Origin: Acidimicrobiia bacterium
Lineage (GTDB): Bacteria > Actinomycetota > Acidimicrobiia > Acidimicrobiales > VFJN01
Reading direction: 5' to 3'
DNA length: 64,000 bases
Assembly (NCBI GenBank): GCA_009694375.1
Contig: SHVB01000016.1
Span: 189-64,188 of the forward strand
Within the stretch, counting starts at the first letter, position 1. Each line of letters begins with the position of its first letter. This document shows positions 17,507 through 26,563 of this stretch, piece after piece. The position numbers and the translations under genes are program-made. The notes under the pieces are model-generated. The model was not told the DNA's origin and ran no database searches. It saw only the letters and a program-made list of their open reading frames with translations.

Positions 17507-19527
17507 CCCGCCGGGCCTTCGGCGCGCTCGTGGTGCTCACCACGGTCCTGGCTGGTCCAACCGCACTACGCGAAGCCGACGCCGCGCCCCGCCAAGCCGA
17601 CGCCTCTATCGAGCTCGTCGCCCAAACGCCCTTGGCCACCCCGGGCTCCGAGTTCTCGGTGCAACTCCGCCTTCCCGGCGTCCCCACCGACGGCAGCGTC
17701 ACCCTGTCGATCCATCAGCGGGTGCGGTCCCGCTCCGAACTGGCTACCACCATCGACGGCAACGGCCTTCGGAGCCAACTGGTCACGATCGTTACGCCAC
17801 TCGCCACCCTGCCGGAGGCCGCCGACGGCACCCGGCGCTTCGCTATCTCCCTGGACCCGAGCACCGGTGGAGTTGCGCTGACCACCAGCGGCGTCTACCC
17901 CCTGGAGATCAGCGCCAAGAACGCAAGCGGCACAGAACTGACCAGCCTCGTCACCCACATGATCGTGCCGCCCGCAGACGAGGCCACTCCGCTACGCGTC
18001 GCGGTCGTAGCCCAGCTCGCCGCGCCGCCGGTCGCCACCGACGGCATCACCGCCGCCATCGACACGGGCGACCTTGACGCCATCGCCGGATTAGTGACCG
18101 CCCTGGGATCGGTCGATAACACCGTTGTCTCCCTGGCGGTCACCCCCCAAACGATCGACAGTCTCGCGGCCCTGGGCAAACCGGCGGCGAACCTGCTCAC
18201 CGGCCTGAAAAAAGCGGCAGCGGGGCGCCCGCTACTCCAGCGGCCCTACGTGAACATCTCCCTTGATGCGCTTGTGGCGGCGGAACTCCAGTACGAACTC
18301 CTTCGTCAGATAGAACGCGGCGACCTCGTACTCACCGACACCTTCGAGAGACCCCCCACCGAAACCACCTGGCTGGCTGGTCCGGACCTGGGTGCCGATG
18401 GGCTATCGGCCCTGCCTGGCCTCGGCGCCCGCCACGCCGTGGTCAGCGACGCTCAGGTTGCGCCACTCCCGGACAACCTCGTCAACCTCTCGCCGGCCCA
18501 GCCGTTTCTGTTGGCAGCCCCTGAGACCGAAAACGACACCGAGGTTGTCCCCTCCGCCGTTGACGCCATGGCCCTTGATCCGGTTGTGATCGACCGCCTC
18601 GAAGGCCCCGGCACCCCCGCCCTGGTGGCCAATCGCGTGCTCACTGAACTCGCCGTGCTCTGGTTCGAACAACCGGGAGTGGAACGCGGAGCAGTCCTCC
18701 CGTTGGACACGACGGTCAACCCCGACACGGTTCGAACCATCCTCACCGGACTCGATGCCGGGGGCGTGTTCTCAACCGTGAGCCTCGCCGACCTGTTTGA
18801 CACGGTTACCCCCCTCCGAGACGCCCGCCGGAACCCCGTGTCCCGTTCCCTCACCCCGACCAGCCTCAACCGCATCGCCCCCTCCGAAGCCAGGGACATC
18901 AAGGCCGACCGATCCATCGTGGAGACCTTCGGTGGCCTAGTTGGAGTCACCAGCCCCCTTGCGGAGGACGCCGACCGACGGTTTCTCCTCGCCACCGCCG
19001 CCGACCTCTCTCGCGTGGACCGCCAAGAGGTGGCCGACGGCGTGGTCAGCACGATCAACGACCTCGTGGCGGGAATCACCGGACCCGAACGATTCGTACT
19101 CACCCTCACCGACCGCAAAGGCACTATCCCCCTCACCCTCCGCAATGACTCGGGGGTCCCCATGAACGTCGTTATCCGCCTGCGTAGCCCCAAACTTGCC
19201 TTCCCCGAGGGAACGACCATCCCCCTCACTTTGGTTGAAACCTCCACCCGCCTCGACATTCCCGTAGTGGCTCGGGCGTCGGGGGCATTCCCCCTCAACA
19301 TCGAAGTCACCTCCCCCGACGGTCAGCGCCAACTCGTGGTGTCCCGCTACACGGTGCGTTCCACCGCCGTGGCGGGAGCCGGCATCGTTTTGTCCATCGG
19401 TGCCGGGTTATTTCTCATGATCTGGTGGGCCCGGCACTGGCGGCGCGCCCGTCGCAGCGGACGCCTCATCGCCACCCCTGACCACCCATCGCATCGCACG
19501 AAGCCTCCCACCACCGCCGGGCAGTAG
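17503..19527 (+). CDS. DUF6049-like exported protein with C-terminal membrane anchor (Rv3909-type)
   Basis: Signal peptide MTRRAFGALVVLTTVLAGPTALREADA and a C-terminal TM segment AGIVLSIGAGLFLMIWW. Its position relative to sigM/trxB matches mycobacterial synteny. The family call is from memory. Confidence 0.55.
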   Translation: MTRRAFGALVVLTTVLAGPTALREADAAPRQADASIELVAQTPLATPGSEFSVQLRLPGVPTDGSVTLSIHQRVRSRSELATTIDGNGLRSQLVTIVTPLATLPEAADGTRRFAISLDPSTGGVALTTSGVYPLEISAKNASGTELTSLVTHMIVPPADEATPLRVAVVAQLAAPPVATDGITAAIDTGDLDAIAGLVTALGSVDNTVVSLAVTPQTIDSLAALGKPAANLLTGLKKAAAGRPLLQRPYVNISLDALVAAELQYELLRQIERGDLVLTDTFERPPTETTWLAGPDLGADGLSALPGLGARHAVVSDAQVAPLPDNLVNLSPAQPFLLAAPETENDTEVVPSAVDAMALDPVVIDRLEGPGTPALVANRVLTELAVLWFEQPGVERGAVLPLDTTVNPDTVRTILTGLDAGGVFSTVSLADLFDTVTPLRDARRNPVSRSLTPTSLNRIAPSEARDIKADRSIVETFGGLVGVTSPLAEDADRRFLLATAADLSRVDRQEVADGVVSTINDLVAGITGPERFVLTLTDRKGTIPLTLRNDSGVPMNVVIRLRSPKLAFPEGTTIPLTLVETSTRLDIPVVARASGAFPLNIEVTSPDGQRQLVVSRYTVRSTAVAGAGIVLSIGAGLFLMIWWARHWRRARRSGRLIATPDHPSHRTKPPTTAGQ

Positions 19528-19573
19528 GTTCTGGACGACCTCGCTCATCCAGCGCCTCAGGAGCGTTTCTCCC

Positions 19574-20419
19574 ATGCCCGTTCGTATCGTGACCGACAGC
19601 AGTTCCGATCTCACCGACGAGGAAGTCGAAACCCATGGGGTGGAGGTGGTGCCCCTCTCGATCCGCTTTGGCGACGAGGAATACGAAGATCGCAGCGAAC
19701 TCTCGGTGGAGGCTTTCTACGAGAAACTCATGGCTTCGAGCACCCTGCCCGAGACCGCAGCGCCCTCCCCCGGCAAGTTCGAGGCTGCCTTCCGACGGCA
19801 GCAGCAGGCCGGCGCCGACGCCGTGGTGTGCATCAACCTCTCCTCGGGCCTTTCCGCCACCATGCAGTCGGCCCAGAACGCCGCCCGGGCCATCGACGGC
19901 GACCTCGACGTCCGGGTAGTCGATTCCCGCTCCATTACCTCTGGTCTCGGCACACAAGTAGTGCTCGCCGCCCAGGCGGCCGCCGCCGGGGCATCAGCCT
20001 CCGAGGTGGTGGCGCTGGCCGAGAACCTCGCCACCCGCACGCACGTGGTGGGAGCCCTCGACACCCTCGAAAACCTCAAGAAGGGCGGCCGAATCGGGGG
20101 TGCCCAAGCGCTCCTTGGCTCTCTGCTGTCGATCAAACCGATTCTGGATATCTCCAGCGGGGAGGTGGAAGAGGCTGGGAAAGCTCGTACCCGCAAGAAG
20201 GCGCTTGTGGCGCTGCGAGACAAGGTGGCTGAGGCCGGCGCCATTGAACATCTCTGCGTTACCCATGGCTTGGCCCCGGCGGCGGAGATCGAGGAGATGT
20301 TGGAACTTCTCGCCGACATCTACCCGCGCGAGTCGATCCGCACCGGACACATCGGACCGGTGATCGGCACCCACGGCGGACCGCGCGTCATGGGCGTCAC
20401 CTGGGTGGCGTCGGCCTAA
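19574..20419 (+). CDS. DegV family fatty-acid-binding protein
   Basis: VRIVTDSSSDLTDEE start, SGLSATMQSA, and a 281-aa length typical of DegV. Confidence 0.85.
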   Translation: MPVRIVTDSSSDLTDEEVETHGVEVVPLSIRFGDEEYEDRSELSVEAFYEKLMASSTLPETAAPSPGKFEAAFRRQQQAGADAVVCINLSSGLSATMQSAQNAARAIDGDLDVRVVDSRSITSGLGTQVVLAAQAAAAGASASEVVALAENLATRTHVVGALDTLENLKKGGRIGGAQALLGSLLSIKPILDISSGEVEEAGKARTRKKALVALRDKVAEAGAIEHLCVTHGLAPAAEIEEMLELLADIYPRESIRTGHIGPVIGTHGGPRVMGVTWVASA

Positions 20420-20479
20420 CCCGCGTCCCGCCGCCAGCGATCTCCTCCGCCACCCTCCCAGCGGTATCCTCCATCGGCA

Positions 20480-22084
20480 GTGTCAAGCCCAACCCCGCCC
20501 CACGGTCTTCCCGTCACCCCCCTTCCGTCACCCCCCATCGCGGTTGTCCCCGGCCGAGTGCTGGCGGGCCGCTACCAACTCGGGGAACTGTTGGCGACGG
20601 GGGGAATGGCCCAGGTGTGGCGCGGCAACGACGAAGTACTGCGGCGCCAGGTGGCCCTGAAACTGTTGCATCCCCATCTGGCTGCCGATGCATCCTTTGT
20701 CACCCGGTTCCGGCAGGAGGCCGTGGCTGCGGCCCGGCTCGCCCATCCCGGCATCGTGGCGATCTACGACACCTGCTCAGACAACGGCACCGAGGCCATC
20801 GTGATGGAACTCGTCACCGGCCAGACGCTGCGGCAACGACTCGACGACCGCACGCCCGTCGACCCCTGGCAGGCGGCCAGTCTCGCAGCCCAAGTAGCCG
20901 AGGCTCTCGACGCCGCCCATCGGGCGGGGCTCATCCACCGCGACATCAAACCGGCCAACATCCTCTTGTGCCGAAATGGGCGCGTGAAAGTGGCCGACTT
21001 TGGGATCGCCAAGGCTCTCTCGGAGGCGGACCTCACCCAACCCGGCTTGATGGTGGGGACCGCCAAATACCTGTCTCCGGAACAGGTGGAGGGGAAACCC
21101 GTCGATGCTCGCACCGACATCTACAGCCTCGGCATCGTGCTGTACGAAATGCTCTGCGGACGTCCGCCCTTCGTGGCTGACAACGACACGGCCACCGCCC
21201 TGGCTCGTCTTCAGCGTGATCCATTGCGACCTCGTCAGGTACGCCCAAGCGTCCCCAAGGTGCTGGAGGAAATCGTAGGACGGGCCATGGCTCGCGTCCC
21301 CCAGCAGCGCTACCCATCGGCCAGCGACCTGCGGGCCGCCCTCCTGGCGGCAGGCGCCACCCCCGACCTCGAAACTGACCTCACCATGACCACCCTTACT
21401 GCGGCGCCAGCGGCCGCCGCGCAGCCCGTCCCCGACACTCCCCCCGTCACTGCAGCCTCCCAACCCCGGAGCACCTTCCGAGAAACCGAACGGAGCTGGC
21501 TGGTCCCCACCCTCATGCTGGTGATCCTCGCCGTGAGCCTCGGCGTGGCCGGAGCCCTGCTCCAACGCAGCGGGGCCGGGAATGTCTTGGGCAGCGTGCG
21601 CGAGGCCATCACCGGACCCTCGGAGGGGACCTCCGGCACCATCGCCATCAGCACCGCCAAGGCCTTCGACCCGTCGGGAGACAGCCAGGAAAACGATGAG
21701 GACGCCGCCAGCGTGATCGACCTAGATCCGGCTACGACCTGGAGTACCGAGCGGTACGACAACCGCGACATCACCGCCCTCAAGGACGGGGTGGGTCTCG
21801 TACTGACGGGTGCGGAGCTGAGTCAACTTGACGACCTCACCCTGACGAGCCCCACCAATGGATGGTCGGCCAGCTTCTACGTTGCCGATACCGACCCTGG
21901 GTCGTTCGAGGGATGGGGGAACCCCGTGGCCACCATGGGCGGCATTGCGGCCGGCACCACCACCATCGACCTCAAAAAGACGACGGGCCAAGCCGTCCTC
22001 GTATGGATCACCGATCGCGGCGATGGCACTCCCGAGCCCCGGGTGACTATCGAAACCGCCTCCCTGCGTGGCGTGCCTGCGTAA
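20480..22084 (+). CDS. transmembrane Ser/Thr protein kinase with extracellular C-terminal domain
   Basis: GGMAQVWRG glycine loop, VALKLL lysine, HRDIKPANILL, DFG and SPE motifs. TM segment WLVPTLMLVILAVSLGVAGALL. An extracytoplasmic domain of about 170 aa follows. Confidence 0.9.
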   Translation: MSSPTPPHGLPVTPLPSPPIAVVPGRVLAGRYQLGELLATGGMAQVWRGNDEVLRRQVALKLLHPHLAADASFVTRFRQEAVAAARLAHPGIVAIYDTCSDNGTEAIVMELVTGQTLRQRLDDRTPVDPWQAASLAAQVAEALDAAHRAGLIHRDIKPANILLCRNGRVKVADFGIAKALSEADLTQPGLMVGTAKYLSPEQVEGKPVDARTDIYSLGIVLYEMLCGRPPFVADNDTATALARLQRDPLRPRQVRPSVPKVLEEIVGRAMARVPQQRYPSASDLRAALLAAGATPDLETDLTMTTLTAAPAAAAQPVPDTPPVTAASQPRSTFRETERSWLVPTLMLVILAVSLGVAGALLQRSGAGNVLGSVREAITGPSEGTSGTIAISTAKAFDPSGDSQENDEDAASVIDLDPATTWSTERYDNRDITALKDGVGLVLTGAELSQLDDLTLTSPTNGWSASFYVADTDPGSFEGWGNPVATMGGIAAGTTTIDLKKTTGQAVLVWITDRGDGTPEPRVTIETASLRGVPA

Positions 22085-22123
22085 CCTGCGCATATCGCCG
22101 CGAACCTCGACGACTCTGCGCTG

Positions 22124-22705
22124 GTGTGCGCCGCCCAAGCCGGGGATCGCCACGCCCTGGACATACTCCTTCGTCGGCACTACGACCGCGTGTACGCGCT
22201 CTGCTGGCGACTAACGAAAAACGACGCTGATGCCCACGACGCCAGCCAGGAAGCCCTGATCGCCATCAGTCGAGGCATCCGCCTCTTCGACGGTCGTGCC
22301 TCCTTCTCCACCTGGGCCTATCGAGTAACCACCAACGCCTGCCTCGATGAACTTCGACGCCTGAAACGGCGGCCCAGGGTCGGCCTGACCGAGGACGTTC
22401 GCGAGTCGAAGGCCGCCGACGCCACTGGCCTCCCGAGCGCAGAGATCGACATGGTCCCCGATCGACTGGCCATCGACACCGCGCTGGACCAAATGTCCGA
22501 GGAATTTCGCCTACCGGTGGTTCTTCGGGATCTCTGGGGCTTCGACTACGCCGAAATCGCCGAGCGCCTCGAGATACCGCCGGGCACCGTTCGCTCCCGC
22601 ATCGCCCGTGGTCGGGCCCAATTGGCGGGCCTACTCGATCCCCGGAACCAACTACCCGCTGGCGAACGTCCTATCTCAGACCAACCCCCGGAAACTTCAC
22701 CATGA
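22124..22705 (+). CDS. ECF-type RNA polymerase sigma factor (SigM-like by position)
   Basis: Region 2: DAHDASQEALIAISRGIRLFDGRASFSTWAYRVTTNACLDELRR. Region 4: LRDLWGFDYAEIAERLEIPPGTVRSRIARGRAQL. GTG start. Confidence 0.85.
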   Translation: MCAAQAGDRHALDILLRRHYDRVYALCWRLTKNDADAHDASQEALIAISRGIRLFDGRASFSTWAYRVTTNACLDELRRLKRRPRVGLTEDVRESKAADATGLPSAEIDMVPDRLAIDTALDQMSEEFRLPVVLRDLWGFDYAEIAERLEIPPGTVRSRIARGRAQLAGLLDPRNQLPAGERPISDQPPETSP

Positions 22706-23538
22706 CCGACCACCAACCCCTCGACGAACTCGCCTCAGCCCACCTTGATGGCGTTAGCACTGCTGAGGAAGCGGTGCGGGTGGATGCCGACCCCGAAATC
22801 CAGGCTCGCATGGCGGCGATGAGGAGAATCCGCCAAGTGATGGCCACCCCGCCGCCCCACCCACGCCAGGACCGCGAAGGAGCCATCGCCGCGGCGCTCG
22901 CCGCCTACGACGAAGAGGCCAACCCCACCCCGGACGTCACTCCGGTGACGAGCCGAGCATGGGGGCGCACCCCCATCGTGTGGCGGGTGGTGGGTGTGGC
23001 GGCCGCCGTTGCCATCCTTGTCGCCGTTGTACCCATGGTGGCTTCACTCCTTCCCTCGACGAGCGACACGAGCCAAACCGCCGCCCCCGAAATCGCCTCA
23101 CCACCGACCACGGACCGCGCCCTGTCGGGACCAGCCCCGGAATCCTCACCGGAATCCTCACCGGAATCCTCTGCCACCACCGCCCCCGCCCCTACCCCCC
23201 CGGATCCGACAACCACCCCTCCGGTCGCCAGCCCGTCGTCGGATCCCACCACCGTGGCCCTTCCCCTCCCGGACCTCGGAACCTTCCCGACCGACGCCGC
23301 CGTTGGTGAGGCCGTTGACACCCTCGCACTCCCGAGCACTTCGGTGCCCTGGTACGCATCGTTGTCGGATCCCACCTCCTGTATCGACGAGCTCCTCAGC
23401 GGCCTTCCCCCCGGGGCGGTCGCTCAACTGGCGGCCACCGCCGTCGTGGCCGAGCAGGAGGTTGCTGTGGTCGCCTGGGCCGAGGACGTGCGCATTGCCG
23501 GGGGCGACTGCAGCACGGTGCGGGTGCAGAACCGCTAA
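22702..23538 (+). CDS. putative anti-sigma factor (single-pass membrane protein)
   Basis: ATGA overlap with the sigma gene. N-terminus LDELASAHLDGVSTAEE, central TM segment VWRVVGVAAAVAILVAVVPMV, and a Pro/Ser-rich extracytoplasmic part. Confidence 0.6.
   Translation: MTDHQPLDELASAHLDGVSTAEEAVRVDADPEIQARMAAMRRIRQVMATPPPHPRQDREGAIAAALAAYDEEANPTPDVTPVTSRAWGRTPIVWRVVGVAAAVAILVAVVPMVASLLPSTSDTSQTAAPEIASPPTTDRALSGPAPESSPESSPESSATTAPAPTPPDPTTTPPVASPSSDPTTVALPLPDLGTFPTDAAVGEAVDTLALPSTSVPWYASLSDPTSCIDELLSGLPPGAVAQLAATAVVAEQEVAVVAWAEDVRIAGGDCSTVRVQNR
23136..23171. repeat. 3 x 12-bp tandem repeat inside the anti-sigma gene (PESS x3)
   Basis: ccggaatcctca ccggaatcctca ccggaatcctct. Confidence 0.9.
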
Positions 23539-23607
23539 GGCACGCCACCGGCGTGTCGCGCCCTTCGAGTAGCAACACCGGGGGTAAGGGTCATCTAGGA
23601 TCACCCC

Positions 23608-23988
23608 ATGGCCCGACCAGAAGCCCCCCAGGGAATGGGCCGCATCGCCCCGCCCACGAGTCACCCGGACGGCCGCGACCCCGTCGGCACCGATTGGCCC
23701 GCCCAAGCCGCCGATCAAATCGAACGGATGGTCAGACTTGTCCGGGACAACACCACCGGAAGAGCCATCACCATCGCTCGGGGGCTAGTGCTCGCCATGT
23801 TTGCGGTGTTTGCCGGCACGCTGGTGGTGCTGTTCCTCTCTATTGCCACCGTGCGTTTCCTCGTTGCCTATCTCCCTCAGAGCGCCACAGGAGAGCCGCG
23901 CGTGTGGTTGGCCCACGGGATTGTCGCGATGCTGTTCGTCATTCCGGGGCTCTGGCTAATCCGGCGAGCGAGCCGTCCCCTTCCCTAG
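23608..23988 (+). CDS. hypothetical two-TM membrane protein
   Basis: 126-aa ORF with hydrophobic segments LVLAMFAVFAGTLVVLFLSIA and AHGIVAMLFVIPGLWLI. Confidence 0.4.
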   Translation: MARPEAPQGMGRIAPPTSHPDGRDPVGTDWPAQAADQIERMVRLVRDNTTGRAITIARGLVLAMFAVFAGTLVVLFLSIATVRFLVAYLPQSATGEPRVWLAHGIVAMLFVIPGLWLIRRASRPLP

Positions 23989-24029
23989 AAATGGAACAAT
24001 CGGCCCGCTCGACCGGTTGACCCACCCCT

Positions 24030-25004
24030 ATGGCCACCCCCTCCCTTCACGACGTGATCATCATCGGCTCTGGCCCCGCCGGACTCACTGCGGCTGTCTA
24101 CGCCGCTCGGGCCAATCTGGTCCCCTTGGTCCTTGAAGGCGAAGTGTCCTCCACCTCCGACCAACCCGGTGGACAATTGATGCTCACCACCGACGTGGAG
24201 AACTTCCCCGGCTTCCCCGACGGCATCATGGGCCCGGAGCTAATGGCCCGATTCAGGGCCCAGGCGCTTCGCTTCGGGGCCGACATCCGCACCGAAAAAG
24301 TGAGCCGGGTGGATTTCTCGGCTGCGCCCTACGGGGTGTGGGTGGGATCCGCCGACGCCAGCGAGCCCACCTACCGGGCCCACTCCGTCATCGTGTCGAC
24401 GGGAGCGCAATCCCTCATGCTGGGGTTGCCCGGTGAGTCTCGACTCTTGGGCCACGGGGTATCCACCTGCGCCACCTGTGATGGCTTCTTCTTCCGCGAT
24501 CATGAAATAGCGGTGGTGGGCGGTGGCGACTCCGCCATCGAAGAAGCCACGTTCCTCACAAAGTTCGCCAGCAAGGTCACGCTCATCGTCCGGCGCGATC
24601 AGCTTCGGGCCAGCAAGATCATGCAGGACCGAGTGGCCCACAACCCCAAGATTGAGATCCGCTGGAACAGCGTGGTCACCGAGATCGTGGGCGAGACCCG
24701 CCTGGAGCACATCGTCGTGCAAGACGTACAGACCGCGGAGACCACCACCTTGGCGGCGACGGGACTCTTCGTGGCGATCGGGCATCGTCCCAACACCGAT
24801 CTCCTGAAGGGCCAACTCGACCTCGAAGACAACGGGTACCTCATCACCGGCCGCTGGGGCGGTGCCTCCACTACCAACGTGGCCGGCGTGTTCGCCTGTG
24901 GCGATGTGCAAGACCACACCTACCGCCAGGCCATCACGGCGGCCGGGTCTGGATGCCAAGCCGCCATCGATGCCGAACGCTGGCTCGAGGCCCAGCACGG
25001 CTAA
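24030..25004 (+). CDS. trxB: thioredoxin-disulfide reductase
   Basis: VIIIGSGPAGLTAAVYAAR FAD motif, redox CATCDG, and VVGGGDSAIEEA NADPH motif. Confidence 0.95.
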   Translation: MATPSLHDVIIIGSGPAGLTAAVYAARANLVPLVLEGEVSSTSDQPGGQLMLTTDVENFPGFPDGIMGPELMARFRAQALRFGADIRTEKVSRVDFSAAPYGVWVGSADASEPTYRAHSVIVSTGAQSLMLGLPGESRLLGHGVSTCATCDGFFFRDHEIAVVGGGDSAIEEATFLTKFASKVTLIVRRDQLRASKIMQDRVAHNPKIEIRWNSVVTEIVGETRLEHIVVQDVQTAETTTLAATGLFVAIGHRPNTDLLKGQLDLEDNGYLITGRWGGASTTNVAGVFACGDVQDHTYRQAITAAGSGCQAAIDAERWLEAQHG

Positions 25005-25138
25005 GACCCGTCGTGGTGGCAACGGCACCACTAAGCGAACATGTGTTCGATACTGGTCGGGCCTGGGAATGTCGGGCCTTCAACGAGTGTTAGAGACCAT
25101 GTCCCATCCCCTTGGGCCACCTACCTGCGGAGGATTCC

Positions 25139-25459
25139 ATGACCACCTCACTCACCGATACCAACTTCGATGAGGAGATCGCTGGATCGGCGGAACCTGT
25201 GCTCGTCGACTTTTGGGCGGAATGGTGCGGACCCTGCAAAACGATTGCCCCCATCCTCGACGAAATTGCCGCGGAGCAGGTCGGCAAACTCAGGATCGCC
25301 AAGTTGAACGTGGACGACAACCCCGAGATCGCCCGTCGCTTTGAGGTCATGAGCATCCCCACCCTCATCGTGTTTCAAGACGGCCAGCCGGTGAAGCGCA
25401 TGGTTGGAGCCAAGGGCAAGGGTCAGCTGCTCGAAGAGTTACAGGATCTCCTCGCCTAA
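25139..25459 (+). CDS. trxA: thioredoxin
   Basis: WAEWCGPCK active site. GGAGGA ribosome-binding site 6-11 nt upstream of the ATG at 25139. Confidence 0.95.
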   Translation: MTTSLTDTNFDEEIAGSAEPVLVDFWAEWCGPCKTIAPILDEIAAEQVGKLRIAKLNVDDNPEIARRFEVMSIPTLIVFQDGQPVKRMVGAKGKGQLLEELQDLLA

Positions 25460-25461
25460 CG

Positions 25462-25494
25462 TTCTCCACAACCTTCCCCACAGGTTGTGGACAA
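25462..25494. promoter_or_regulatory. cluster of three DnaA-box-like 9-mers that also forms an 8-bp-stem hairpin
   Basis: TTCTCCACA (25462-25470), TTCCCCACA (25474-25482), and tgtggacaa (25486-25494), which is TTGTCCACA on the minus strand. CCACAACC/GGTTGTGG form an inverted repeat. Confidence 0.4.
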
Positions 25495-25657
25495 TCTCTA
25501 CCTCCGGTTGAACTAGAGCTGTTGTTCAGGGTTTGTTTACCTTCAGTCAATCGTGCGGCAACCTCCGGGAATACAGCACTGGGCCAACCCACACCACCCG
25601 GGTTGCCGTCACGACTCTCTCGCGGAGGTTGAGGGTCCTGCGCCCGACCGAACGACT

Positions 25658-26563
25658 TCAGCCCAGTGCAGGGCCCTCGGTAATCGACCGGTAGATGCGC
25701 TCGAGGTCCTCCAGGCCACCGAACTCGATGATCACCTTGCCCTTCCCATCAGCGCCGGCCATCGTGACGCTCACCCGCGTAGCCAGATGGCGAGCCAACA
25801 ACTCCTCCAGTTCGAGCAGACCGGGAGCCCGCAGTCGCTTGGCCACCGGCGTTCGCCGACTCGGCGAGTCTCCCTCGGAGGAAGCCTGCCCGGGATCGTT
25901 ATGAGCCCGGACGGCGTCCTCGGCCTGCCGGACAGAGAGGCCCTCGGCCACAATCCGCTTGGCCAACACCTCCTGATACAACCGGTCCGGAGTGCCGAGG
26001 AGTGCCTTCGCGTGCCCCGCCGCCAACTGATTCTCAGCCACGAGGCGCTGGATCGACGGGGGCAACTGAAACAGGCGCAGCGTATTGGCCACCGCCGAGC
26101 GTGACTTCCCGACCTTTTGGGCTACGACCTCCTGCGTGAGGTCGAAGTCTTCCATCAACTGTTGAAACGCGGCCGCTTCCTCAAGGGGATTGAGATCCTC
26201 ACGGTGGAGGTTTTCGACGAGCGCATGCTCAAGCGACAGGACCTCGTCAACCTCCCGCACCACCACCGGTATGGTGGAAAGTCCAGCTCGCTTGGCGGCC
26301 CGCCAGCGACGTTCCCCGGCAATGAGTTCGAAACGCTCATCGCCTAAAGCCCGCACCAACACCGGTTGCAGCACCCCCAACTCGGCGATGGACGCGGTGA
26401 GGCCAGCCAACGCCTCCTCGTCGAAATAGGCCCGGGGTTGGCGCGGGTTTGATGAGATCGACCCCACCGCCACCTCCTGCAAACCAGAACCGGATACTCC
26501 GATGCTCTCTGTGGGGATGAGCGCTCCGAGTCCCCTACCGAGTCCGCTTTGGCGTGCCACCAC
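25658..26563 (-). CDS. parB: chromosome partitioning protein ParB
   Basis: GLGRGLGALIP N-terminus and the GERRWRAAKRAGL ParB box. Confidence 0.95.
   Translation of the reverse strand: MVARQSGLGRGLGALIPTESIGVSGSGLQEVAVGSISSNPRQPRAYFDEEALAGLTASIAELGVLQPVLVRALGDERFELIAGERRWRAAKRAGLSTIPVVVREVDEVLSLEHALVENLHREDLNPLEEAAAFQQLMEDFDLTQEVVAQKVGKSRSAVANTLRLFQLPPSIQRLVAENQLAAGHAKALLGTPDRLYQEVLAKRIVAEGLSVRQAEDAVRAHNDPGQASSEGDSPSRRTPVAKRLRAPGLLELEELLARHLATRVSVTMAGADGKGKVIIEFGGLEDLERIYRSITEGPALG

Noticed and set aside
22021-22123. Search for an ECF-type (GGAAC-N16-17-CGT) autoregulatory promoter upstream of the SigM-like gene
   Set aside because: Only weak partial matches (GAAAC...CGT) were found, which is not enough to report.
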